Positions 58,001 through 64,000 of a stretch of 64,000 nucleotides of DNA are shown in pieces. This DNA is from Antedon mediterranea (lineage: Eukaryota; Animalia; Echinodermata). The stretch lies in the NCBI RefSeq assembly GCF_964355755.1, contig NC_092672.1, positions 12,028,001 to 12,092,000 of the forward strand, given 5' to 3'. The notes below the pieces were generated by a model, which saw only the letters and a program-made list of their open reading frames with translations, ran no database searches and was not told the DNA's origin. The position numbers were made by a program, and so were the translations under genes. The stretch's first letter is position 1, and each line of letters opens with the position of its first letter.

Positions 58001-61000
58001 AGCCCATCCCCCCCCCCCCCTTCCCCCCGCTGGCGCCACCACTGCCACTGATACCCTCTCTTTGAAGATCCCGCTTTGTGAATAAAATGGTCTCTGGTGC
58101 ACGTGCGTACAATTGAGGGACTAGTGCTGTCCCACCACCGTACCACGCCGAAAGTGCTAAAGTCGCTATCCAATCGAGTTTGAACAATACCATGAAAGCC
58201 CCAGTGCTCTAATGGTCAAACGGCTTTTTCGCATTCGCACAAATTTCCTAATCTTTACCGTTTCAGATTAATTCATTGAATTTCAGTACATCACAAAAGA
58301 GACAATATAAATAATCATAAAAAAATAATCTAGGATCCACCTACAATACCAAAACCAATTATGTTTTTATTTAACAATATTGAAGGTGGACTCTAACCTT
58401 ACGGTTTTGATTAGGGAGGTTTCGCAACCTTATGAATACGATAACGAAAACGGATACGTCACAAATTTGTGAAACTTTTAAGCTGATCCCCATTTTAATA
58501 TTCGTAAAGCGTATTCGTGTTGACGAATATCACTAGTCATATTCGTAACTAAAAAACGAGTATAGTTTTTATCTATTTTGCTACTTAATTAGTTGTTGTT
58601 TTATATTTTATTCATTGGATTTGATAATGACCCCATGATGGAGTCGAAACGTCGTTCTCTTTTAAGCGTTATTTTTATATTATGTATTTACAATAAACGT
58701 ACCCTCATTCGTAATTTGAAACGCGATGACCAGCTTCACTTGTTCAGGAGACTTGAACAGTGTAGCAAGAAATTAGTAAGTTGTGAAACGTCAATTGAAT
58801 TTCTTCAATTATGTCAAAACCTTGGACTCACTCCGACATTTGCCAAAGTGGATCAGGAAAAGTCAAAGAGATGGAGCAATTCTGCTAAATTCTTTGAGAA
58901 AAATGTAATATCGGAAGAGCTGAAAGCAAAGCTGAAACTTCTTAGTAATCTCAGAAAAGAAATAAATACTATTTACACAAAAATCAGAAGTCAATGTTGG
59001 TCATTTCGTTATCTCGCTATTCTTCAGACTATGACCAAGCTACGCTGTAATCAGTATGGAGCAGAAATGAATGGACATTCTAAGAAAATCGCAAACCTAA
59101 TGTACAGAGGTAAGAATGTGGATGAACACATCATTAATATATCATCATATAGACTATCGTTCTTTCAAAAGCTAGCGCTCAGCCGTGGCTTACAATTTGC
59201 TTACCCTCACCGAGTTTCATCCATGGAAATTAAAGCAAATTTCGAGAAAGCGTACTGGAAGCTGGAGCCTAAAATTGTTGGTGAGGAAACTAAAGAATTA
59301 ACAGCAGTTACTCTAAAGTCTATCGCACTTAATTATATAGAAAGGAAAGGACCATCCTCACCAAAAGCCTTAACAAGAGCGCTTGGCCAATTAAAGAAGA
59401 GAGGTGATATAAACATCACAAAGCCAGACAAAGGATCAGGAGTAGTCATGGATAGAAGTGAGTATGAACATTTATTATGTGAAGCATCGGTCAACAATGT
59501 TTCCAAATTTATACCAATCTCTACTGAACAACCAAGAACAAGAGGAAGCCAATGACACATTACCATCCACTCCTGAAAAAGGAGAAAGATATGATTTCAA
59601 CGGTTCATAAAATTCTTCCAAAAGAAATTGCTAAATCAATTTGTCAAACCGGATCAAGGTTAGCTCATTTGTATGGATTGCTTAAAACACACAAAGAAAA
59701 GTTATCTATGAGACTAATCTTGTCAGCAACAGGTACCTACAATTATAAATTAGCTCAGTGGCTGGATGAGAAGTTGAAACCGCTATCCCAGAACGCATAT
59801 ACAATAGATGATGTATTTAGCTTTGCAGCTGATATACGCTCCACCGTTATAAATGCTAGTGATATTTTGGTATCATATGATGTCTCGTCCTTATTCACAA
59901 ATGTTCCTTTAACCGAGACAATTCAAATTATTGCTGATAAAGCATTTACTAACAACTGGTTCAATGATGATTATGGACTAAACTTAGATAAGGACGATTT
60001 AATTGTACTCCTCAATATAGCAACGAAAGATCAGCTATTCCAATTTAATGGTAACTTGTATGAACAGGTTGATGGAGTTGCAATGGGATCACATCTAGGG
60101 CCCCTTATGGCAAATGTATTTATGTGCCACATCGAGGAACGCCTTGAATCTACGAACCACATGCCCAAATACTACAAACGTATACGTATTTCTTTTTTTA
60201 AAACTACTTCTTTTAAACATAGCATTAAGTTCACTGGTCCTAAATTCTGGGAAAACGTACCAGTTAATATAAAAAGTGCTTTGTCTAAGAAGAGTTTTTC
60301 TTTTAAATTGAAACGGCACCTCTTATCTAGTTATGTTTAATTATCCTTTCACTCATTGTAGTTTTGATATTTAGTCTTTTCGGTACCCTGAATCTAAAAG
60401 TCTTCATTACTGTTTTTGTCCTGTTTCCGGTTCCCGTGTTGTCCTGTTTTTTTTTTTTTCATTTTCTATGGGCTGCCTTATACAAGCTTTGCTTTTTAGG
60501 AATGTTGCCCCTCTTATTTTAATAATTTTTACTGTTAAGTTTTATTTTCTATGAAAGACAAGAGAAATAAATGTTACTTTGATTTGATTGATGACACACT
60601 AGTATTCATGCCAAATCTAGAAGCAGCCAATGAATGTTTAGCTTTACTTAACACAACCCATCCTGCGATAGCGTTCACAATGGAAACTGCCGTGAACAAT
60701 TCAATCCCTTTCCTAGGAATGCTGATAACCAAAGATTTGGAAAAATTGCACACACGGGTTTATAGAAAGCCAACAGACACAGGCTTATTGCTACACTACA
60801 ATACTCACGTTGACAACAAGTATAAAAGGTCACTTGTTATAACTATGTTCAATCGGGCTTACAAACTACCGTCGACCCACCAGCTTTTTAATGATGAATG
60901 TGAAATTCTAAGGAAGATTTTTAAGCGTCTGAAATATCCAGATGAACTAATAACAACAACCATACAGAACGTTAAACCAGCAGAGAGCAATAACAACACT

Positions 61001-62547
61001 GCAGAAGGTGAAACAGATTTATCCGAAATACCAGTACGAATCATCCTGCCATTCAAAGACCAGAAATCTGCGAACTCCGTCAAGCGACAACTATGCCAAC
61101 TAAGTCACAAGATAAACAAAAACATTGTCCCTGTATTCATAAGTAAAAAAGTTAAAGATAACATTAGGAAAGTCGAAAAGAAACCTACTATTATAAGTCA
61201 ACAATGTGTTGTGTATAAATTTAAATGTGACTTGTGCGATGCAAGTTATGTTGGATATACATGCCGACACCTCTACCAACGCATTGTTGAACATAGTAGA
61301 TACTTAATAGGACAGCATTTGAAGGATCATAACGTGATTGTTAATCCAAGTAAAATTAATTCATGTTTTAGTATACTTAGGAAATGCAAAAACCAATTTG
61401 ACTGTCTTATCTATGAAATGTTGTATATAAGACAATTAAAACCTAGTCTGAATAAACAAAGTGACTCTGTAAAAGCTAAGCTTTTCATTTGACAGGATGT
61501 TAGACAATAGGTATTTTGTTATTTAAACTATGACCCTTGGCTTGTTACTTGACTGTCATACAGATAGACCCGGGTTCAATTCCCGACAACTCCCAGTCCA
61601 CTCAGCTGTAAATGAGTACCTGGTTGAAAATACTAGGGAGAAAAAGGCGGCGTGGAAAGGAACTGGCCACCCTACCACATAATGCCGAGGCTTAGTACAA
61701 TGAGCTCCTAACAGCTCATTCCCCTACGTTCAGAGAACACGGGACTCACCTTTACCTTTTTACCCTTGGCTTGTGCTACCTTATTAGTTGTTGTTTAATA
61801 ATTTATTCATTGGACTTGATAATGACCCCATGATGGAGTCGAAACACCGTTCTCTTTTAAGCGTTATTTTTATATTATGTATTTACAATAAACGTACCCT
61901 CATTCGTAGTTTACTAAAGTTATTTACTAAAATGCCAGGTCAATTTTGATAAATAGCAGTTTTTAAAGTCCTCACTCGCTTTGATGTTACGCTAGGCCTA
62001 GGCAGCCAAGCAAAACGTACCTGCGCTTCGCTTAAATTTACCGCAGTCATGCGAAACAGATTTTTACTGGCTTACGAAAACGAATACGTGTGCGTGACGT
62101 ATCCGTTTTCGTTATCAGATTCGTAAGATTTGGAAACCACTCTATTATTCTAAACTTCTTATTTTCAAACTTTTGCATTCCTCTCATTCATCTCATTCAT
62201 TTTTGGTGAAAAGGAGGGTATTTTATAATATTCTTCCCCTGAGTTTATAGTCTCTCTACCCGAACACGAACAGAATAGAATAATAACTACTGTCACAACT
62301 AGGTTTTTAATCAATATACTTATAACAGAGCATAATAAAAGTTGGACGAACCCACACAAAAAAAAACATTGAAGAATAAAAGAAAATATTCAAAATAATC
62401 AGTAGCCTAGTAATTAGTATTGATTTTAAATCATGCTATTACCTTATCTTTTAATGTAACCGATGCACCATGGGTTAATAGACTGTTCACTACCTCTGAC
62501 TTACAATTGGAATTGGCCAAGTATGATCTTAGAAGTGTTTCACCATT
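639..62547 (-). CDS. Spliced ROCO-family gene (ankyrin repeats - Roc GTPase - COR), partial; extends beyond both window ends
   Basis: 12 exons with AG/GT ends and matching phases give one open frame; ankyrin motif (DGDTPLH...GASVTATNK), P-loop GKEGAGKT, G2 STNGI, G3 WDYAGQ, Roc-type G4 VATHMD, COR-like start IPLKW. Confidence 0.88.
1153..1347 (-). CDS. ROCO gene exon: Roc G4 (FWIRSIY...[11 protein letters not shown])
   Basis: 195 nt, phase 0/0, W..SI...PP...V.TH.D Roc pattern. Confidence 0.88.
4588..5165 (-). repeat. Gypsy 3' LTR (578 bp)
   Basis: Near-identical to 12432-13045; preceded on the minus strand by polypurine tract gagggaaacagaggga (5166-5181). Confidence 0.95.
6076..10749 (-). 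pseudogene. pol: Gypsy Pol (protease, RT, RNase H, integrase) with one in-frame stop at 7915-7917
   Basis: LFDSGS protease, IDLKSAF and HHDD RT, YSDTS..ELE RNase H, HHCC plus DDE integrase, WVGP (GPY/F-like); the two ORF-track ORFs are in the same frame and separated by a single TAA. Confidence 0.92.
10746..11711 (-). CDS. gag: Gypsy Gag with CCHC zinc knuckle
   Basis: [14 protein letters not shown]; retrotransposon gag-like LQGQARLW. Confidence 0.92.
   Translation of the reverse strand: MVDIVDNEVILNEPVNPHPVPHLRQTDFLPKRYDGSITDHDQCSAHYLSFTDYLEAHTLENPVNNAQLINVISIFKRSLQGQARLWIEGKQFDSLESLKTQFINRFSKNKSIYAHIREYDSITYTTGDNAEKHLTKIKQAADRIGYADQQIKNKFISTLPPKCRAAVAMSTPIDATIENIVNSTQNYLDLSVDDATREVSFNINKETDRPNSLESLQHEINSLKLDMATTKRSLNDDTRRSRSPTRNYIPRRNRSPSPYKPRFQTPPTPRYRQPPPTCYYCGKPGHIARHCRQQNRSYGNYPPPYPYQQSNNYYPSHQQDF
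12099..12300. repeat. ~102-bp tandem duplication in the Gypsy 5' leader
   Basis: tcttcctcgatta...ttcagcttgtcttttg occurs twice. Confidence 0.85.
12432..13045 (-). repeat. Gypsy 5' LTR (614 bp)
   Basis: Followed on the minus strand by PBS-like TGGTGGAAGACCC (12419-12431); 36 bp longer than the 3' LTR. Confidence 0.95.
13728..15162. mobile_element. Foldback-like MITE with ~370-bp TIRs and internal ~365-bp tandem units; TTA TSD (PIF/Harbinger-type)
   Basis: tagtccatggg...cccatggacta termini, TTA on both sides, long arm complementarity. Confidence 0.85.
15278..15403 (-). CDS. ROCO gene exon ([23 protein letters not shown]...)
   Basis: 126 nt, tttag acceptor, gtaag donor, phase 0/0; continues TH-R-FFLT as expected in Roc; missed by the ORF track. 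Confidence 0.85.
15789..16003 (-). CDS. ROCO gene exon: basic insert plus Roc G3 ([16 protein letters not shown])
   Basis: 215 nt, phase 1/0, WDxAGQ...YxTH Roc motif; acceptor chosen by frame. Confidence 0.85.
16177..16722 (-). mobile_element. LINE ORF2 C-terminal fragment (CR1/L2 group)
   Basis: LLGVII...[25 protein letters not shown]. Confidence 0.85.
17576..17728 (-). CDS. ROCO gene exon: Ser/Thr-rich Roc insert part 2
   Basis: 153 nt, ctgcag acceptor, gtttg donor, phase 1/1, open. Confidence 0.7.
17887..18057 (-). CDS. ROCO gene exon: Roc insert part 1
   Basis: 171 nt, tttttacag acceptor, gtatga donor, phase 1/1, open. Confidence 0.8.
18232..18335 (-). CDS. ROCO gene exon: Roc G2/switch I ([19 protein letters not shown]...)
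   Basis: 104 nt, phase 2/1, STxGI motif; reading frame differs from the ORF-track call here. Confidence 0.85.
18957..19113 (-). CDS. ROCO gene exon: Roc G1 P-loop (IPVEILARG...[20 protein letters not shown])
   Basis: 157 nt, phase 1/2, GxxGxGKT. Confidence 0.9.
19316..19400 (-). CDS. ROCO gene exon: ankyrin C-cap/linker ([28 protein letters not shown])
   Basis: 85 nt, tag acceptor, gtaag donor, phase 0/1, bridges the ankyrin exon to the P-loop exon in frame; GQTP start. Confidence 0.8.
19534..19625. repeat. Short inverted repeat (~34-bp arms), possible mini-MITE
   Basis: tatattgaaaacattcttttttccaaaccaataa and its near-perfect reverse complement. Confidence 0.75.
20450..20554 (-). CDS. ROCO gene exon: ankyrin repeat ([35 protein letters not shown])
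   Basis: 105 nt, tacag acceptor, gta donor, canonical GxTPLH motif. Confidence 0.9.
20895..21665 (+). mobile_element. LINE 3' fragment (L2/Crack-like) with (TTA)n tail
   Basis: [25 protein letters not shown] motifs; tta repeats ~21640-21665. Confidence 0.85.
21680..22055. repeat. Intronic homology block, copy 1
   Basis: Alignable by eye with 30580-30990 and 63470-63985. Confidence 0.85.
22060..22570 (-). mobile_element. Degenerate LINE RT fragment
   Basis: [29 protein letters not shown] motifs across frameshifts. Confidence 0.8.
24322..24633 (-). mobile_element. 5'-truncated LINE 3' end with C-terminal Zn-binding motif
   Basis: [16 protein letters not shown]; TSD tatgaataattc on both sides; (GAA)n tail. 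Confidence 0.85.
25265..26024. mobile_element. HINE/Helentron-like non-autonomous element (probably composite)
   Basis: Absent from the second MITE copy; tacctccgcc / ggcggaggta subterminal inverted repeat, terminal hairpins, (CAAA/CATA)n tract. Confidence 0.6.
26660..27631 (+). pseudogene. Harbinger/HARBI1-type DDE transposase remnant with introns
   Basis: [11 protein letters not shown] (~26735-26770) then FLATRDSY...[12 protein letters not shown]...FFNYKGSFS...AYGS (27272-27631); stop in the first part; truncated. Confidence 0.85.
30580..30990. repeat. Intronic homology block, copy 2
   Basis: Shares tatttcaatcgact...aaagtatt.catcgcaa..ttttactgtgtttagtgg...tgttacatacaaaacacaa with copies 1 and 3. 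Confidence 0.85.
33682..36983 (-). pseudogene. LINE ORF2: PHD finger, APE endonuclease, RT; single frameshift near 36175
   Basis: C4HC3 N-terminus, [21 protein letters not shown] in the shifted frame, [15 protein letters not shown]. Confidence 0.92.
37735..38342 (-). CDS. LINE ORF1 (coiled coil plus RRM-like)
   Basis: [37 protein letters not shown]. Confidence 0.88.
39250..40358. mobile_element. Kolobok-like MITE with TTAA TSD
   Basis: TIR aatggacctgaaatgga.tttcgatttt; removing it restores [12 protein letters not shown]. Confidence 0.88.
40718..41674 (+). CDS. BEL/Pao integrase (truncated)
   Basis: H..GH..C..C zinc finger and DDE core. Confidence 0.9.
   Translation: MCVGGLSVSELDASESILVSYSQKSEFKSWQSDQRLVKLKPVLLSDLLRVGGRLDNSDLSFNAKHSIILSPKGPLTNLIIRYYHESVGHGGLAMTLNAIRQKFWLVNGRSTVKGMFSKCVVCRKLLARPAEQEMARLPLERVSADKPPFCFAGVDYFGPIEIKRGRSLVKRYGCIFTCLASRAVHLEVFASLDTDSFLNAFRRFVARRGEPEKVFSDNGTNFQAGEKELRQALRPMNDGKIESFFHNRGCEWHFNPPLASHYGGAWERLIRSVRRILYGILGQQTVNEEVLTTVFTEVESILNSRPLNDVSFDPHSLS
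42055..42255. repeat. Array of short gaccacctct-type repeats, likely a MITE subterminal region
   Basis: Recurrent (g/a)accacc..t..taa units; TIR partner not found. Confidence 0.5.
43195..43299 (-). CDS. ROCO gene exon: ankyrin repeat ([35 protein letters not shown])
   Basis: 105 nt, ttttcag acceptor, gtaa donor, phase 0/0. Confidence 0.85.
43710..43935 (-). mobile_element. 5'-truncated Deu-domain-like SINE with (TTCAA)n tail
   Basis: Near-identical to 44113-44335. Confidence 0.75.
44113..44380 (-). mobile_element. 5'-truncated Deu-domain-like SINE with (TTCAA)n tail
   Basis: gtcttctcggataaggactataaaccgtaggtcc...gagtagggggttaccccggtgt resembles the Deu/Nin core as I recall it; residual B-box ggttcgagg. 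Confidence 0.7.
44425..44496 (-). pseudogene. tRNA-like cassette of repeat family B
   Basis: gcccca...tggggc acceptor-like stem, A-box tggtctaatgg, degenerate B-box, followed by a T-run. Confidence 0.65.
44755..44862 (+). mobile_element. Penelope GIY-YIG fragment
   Basis: Homologous to ~51350-51460 ([13 protein letters not shown]). Confidence 0.8.
45216..45430 (+). mobile_element. tRNA-derived SINE-like element
   Basis: A-box tggcttggtgg, B-box gagttcaagtcc, (GGAT)n end. Confidence 0.6.
45437..45740 (-). mobile_element. RTE-like LINE 3' fragment
   Basis: [17 protein letters not shown]....W. Confidence 0.75.
45745..47570 (-). mobile_element. 5'-truncated L2/Crack-like LINE (RT and 3' UTR)
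   Basis: [43 protein letters not shown]; frameshifted. Confidence 0.9.
47954..48025 (+). tRNA. tRNA-like sequence (Pro-like body, TGT in anticodon position), probably pseudo-tRNA; copy 1
   Basis: A-box TGGTCTAGTGG, B-box GGTTCGAATCC, ctcgc/gcgag anticodon stem, T6 right after; mismatches in acceptor and T stems, C33. Confidence 0.6.
48322..48393 (+). tRNA. tRNA-like sequence, copy 2
   Basis: Same sequence 368 bp downstream. Confidence 0.6.
48867..51642 (+). pseudogene. PLE RT-GIY-YIG ORF (frameshift near 48990, ~65-bp insertion near 50990)
   Basis: [53 protein letters not shown]. Confidence 0.92.
51869..51905 (+). ncRNA. Minimal type I hammerhead ribozyme
   Basis: gca CTGATGA a gggc-tagtgtt-gccc GAAA gcTC tgc. 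Confidence 0.85.
52102..52145 (-). ncRNA. Degenerate hammerhead in a separate PLE remnant (52040-52615)
   Basis: gcac ATGAAGA t tgag-ttcata-ctca t GAAA cagcctg TA gtgc; first core base C>A. Confidence 0.6.
53158..53492. mobile_element. Kolobok-like MITE
   Basis: TTAA|agatgtatt...aatacatct|TTAA. Confidence 0.75.
55133..55500 (+). mobile_element. Solo pLTR/3' UTR of the Neptune-type PLE with a mutated hammerhead (55378-55415)
   Basis: Homologous to 51640-51990; core reads CTGTTGA...GAAAGTTC. Confidence 0.88.
55501..58044. mobile_element. hAT-like non-autonomous transposon
   Basis: TIR cag(g/t)ggtggcgccag; 8-bp TSD ccactgat (55493-55500, 58045-58052); internal ~330-bp tandem duplication 57326-57975. 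Confidence 0.88.
55604..56538. mobile_element. Mutator-like MITE
   Basis: ~130-bp TIRs; 9-bp TSD gggccgcca. Confidence 0.88.
58056..58216 (+). repeat. Fragment of tRNA-cassette family B
   Basis: Reverse complement of ~44478-44662, ending in the first ~20 nt of the tRNA-like head. Confidence 0.8.
58617..58657 (+). ncRNA. Variant minimal hammerhead (U3-A8 core), 5' pLTR; mutated copy at 61812-61852
   Basis: ggat TTGATAA t gac-cccatgatgga-gtc GAAA cgTC gttc. Confidence 0.7.
60183..60588 (+). mobile_element. L2/Crack-like LINE 3' end inserted in the PLE RT
   Basis: [16 protein letters not shown], 3' UTR, AATAAA, (TTTGA)n tail; the PLE frame resumes at IDDTL. Confidence 0.85.
61546..61761 (+). 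mobile_element. 5'-truncated tRNA-derived SINE
   Basis: 13-bp TSD acccttggcttgt, B-box gggttcaattcc, (TTTACC)n tail. Confidence 0.85.
62443..62547 (-). CDS. ROCO gene exon: ankyrin repeat ([35 protein letters not shown])
   Basis: 105 nt, ttttcag acceptor, gtaa donor, phase 0/0, homologous to the other two ankyrin exons. Confidence 0.85.
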
Positions 62548-63469
62548 CTGAAAAAAAAATAAGATTAGTCTTACGACATCAAATGGAATTTATCGATATA
62601 AAACCAAAAATAATGGGTTTGCAACAAATGATGTAATTAATGTGTATTTATTACTGCGCTTAATGAAGAAAGGACAGCGAATGAGGCACAGGCTGGTAAA
62701 TAGGGTAGAAACGGTAGTACAAGTACATGTACAACACAATGAAGATAGTTTGGTAGATATAAACTGTAAATAGCAAAAAAATGTGATTAGATATGGACCG
62801 TAACAATTTGGCAAGGTATAACATTAACGTTTAAAAAATTGATATTTAGATGAAATAAAATATATAACCATTTTGTGATTTCTTGAACGAGAAATAAAAG
62901 AGGTAGAAAAAAAAGAAAAAAAAGTTTCAAGATGATTTAAACGAATTTTGTAATAAATATACTTACATAGTTAGGGATAGATCACTAAGCATGTTACCAG
63001 ATTTACTTACTTGGTGCACTGATTATTTAAAAAAAATAATGTAAAGGAGTATAATAGAGGGAAAAGATGATTTCACTGGTCAAACAATTGTTTAAAATAT
63101 AATAGTAAGAAAATGAAAAAATAAATTAATAATGAATTATTATGAAAAGTTAAAAAATAACGTCAGTTGTACTACATTATACAATATTACATTAATAGTA
63201 AGTACAATACATTGTAAATGAACAAGTGGGTCGAAAAAAAAGTAGGAATGGAGAACTAAATAACAACTCAAATGGTGATTAATATTAAAACTTACTGTAA
63301 CTTTGGGAAGTTTGGTTTAACACATACGGTAGGTAAATATATGAGTCCTTTGAGAATAAACTTGCAATACTTTGACAATACTGTAAATACCTATTAACTA
63401 TTTTTGGTCCTCATTTGAATCGAACATTTCTTACTGTGAATGTTCGTACTGTTAGATGTAATATAAAAA

Positions 63470-63985
63470 TATATACAAATAAACTTTATTACAGAGATTG
63501 TGGTTAGGCTTCACTGTTAGATATATAAACACATTATTATATAGAAATAAACTTTATAATGACAGTTCCCTCTCAACGTTTGTATTAATTATTAATTAAC
63601 AATTACCAATAATATAAACGTCGTAGTGGTGTATCGTGAATGTACTTTAATATTTCAATCGATTATGACAGTGACAGTTTTAACAAAGTATTACATCGCA
63701 AATGTTTTACTGTATTTAGAGGTTTATTATTTATAGGCCTATAAAACATGAACACAATATTTCGTTACTGAGTGGATAAAGAATATATTTCATTGTTCCT
63801 CTTTGTACTTATCCGCTTTCCCATCCCTCAAACCTAATGTTACATACAAAACACAAATTGGGTTTCTTTAAATGAGTCCAAATTGTGATAAGTTTCTCCT
63901 TCGAAAGTAATTCCCTGGGTGCTAATTTTAGTTGACTACATAAATCATCGTGACTATTTATTCGTTTCTGTAAACGACAATGTAT
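63470..63985. repeat. Intronic homology block, copy 3
   Basis: Alignable with copies 1 and 2. Confidence 0.85.
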
Positions 63986-64000
63986 TATATAATAGTACAT

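Larger units (their letters stand above)
58588..61908 (+). mobile_element. Penelope/Poseidon-like element with pLTRs
   Basis: Direct repeats ~58588-58712 / 61785-61908; [51 protein letters not shown]; frameshifted and interrupted. Confidence 0.92.
58412..62144. mobile_element. TIR MITE hosting the second PLE
   Basis: gataacgaaaacggatacgtcac / gtgacgtatccgttttcgttatc inverted termini; TSD unclear. Confidence 0.7.

Noticed and set aside
1-64000. CRISPR array, operon or other prokaryotic system
   Set aside because: Spliceosomal introns and metazoan TEs throughout; no repeat-spacer structure with unique spacers

Overview
AT-rich, repeat-dense animal genomic DNA; the TE mix suggests an invertebrate deuterostome such as an echinoderm (inference only). 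The whole window lies inside one minus-strand, multi-exon gene that the ORF track only shows in pieces. I reconstructed 12 GT-AG exons with consistent phases. They encode three single-exon ankyrin repeats (each exactly 105 nt, phase 0), a linker, a Roc GTPase (GKEGAGKT / STNGI / WDYAGQ / VATHMD) with a long insert, and the start of a COR domain: an Ank-Roc-COR (ROCO-family) gene that runs off both ends. Its three large introns (about 14, 23 and 19 kb) hold nested mobile DNA: a young Gypsy LTR element (HHDD RT motif, -1 frameshift signal), a broken BEL/Pao element, a near-intact L2/Crack LINE, several LINE fragments, two Penelope-like elements with hammerhead ribozymes, SINEs, and Harbinger-, Kolobok-, hAT-, Mutator- and HINE-like non-autonomous elements. 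The two most unusual observations are (i) the modular ankyrin-cassette architecture with a triplicated intron block, and (ii) tRNA-cassette-bearing non-coding repeats that share conserved boxes, border (TA)n tracts and repeatedly abut Penelope sequence. All coordinates were read by eye and may be off by a few bases; no searches were run.
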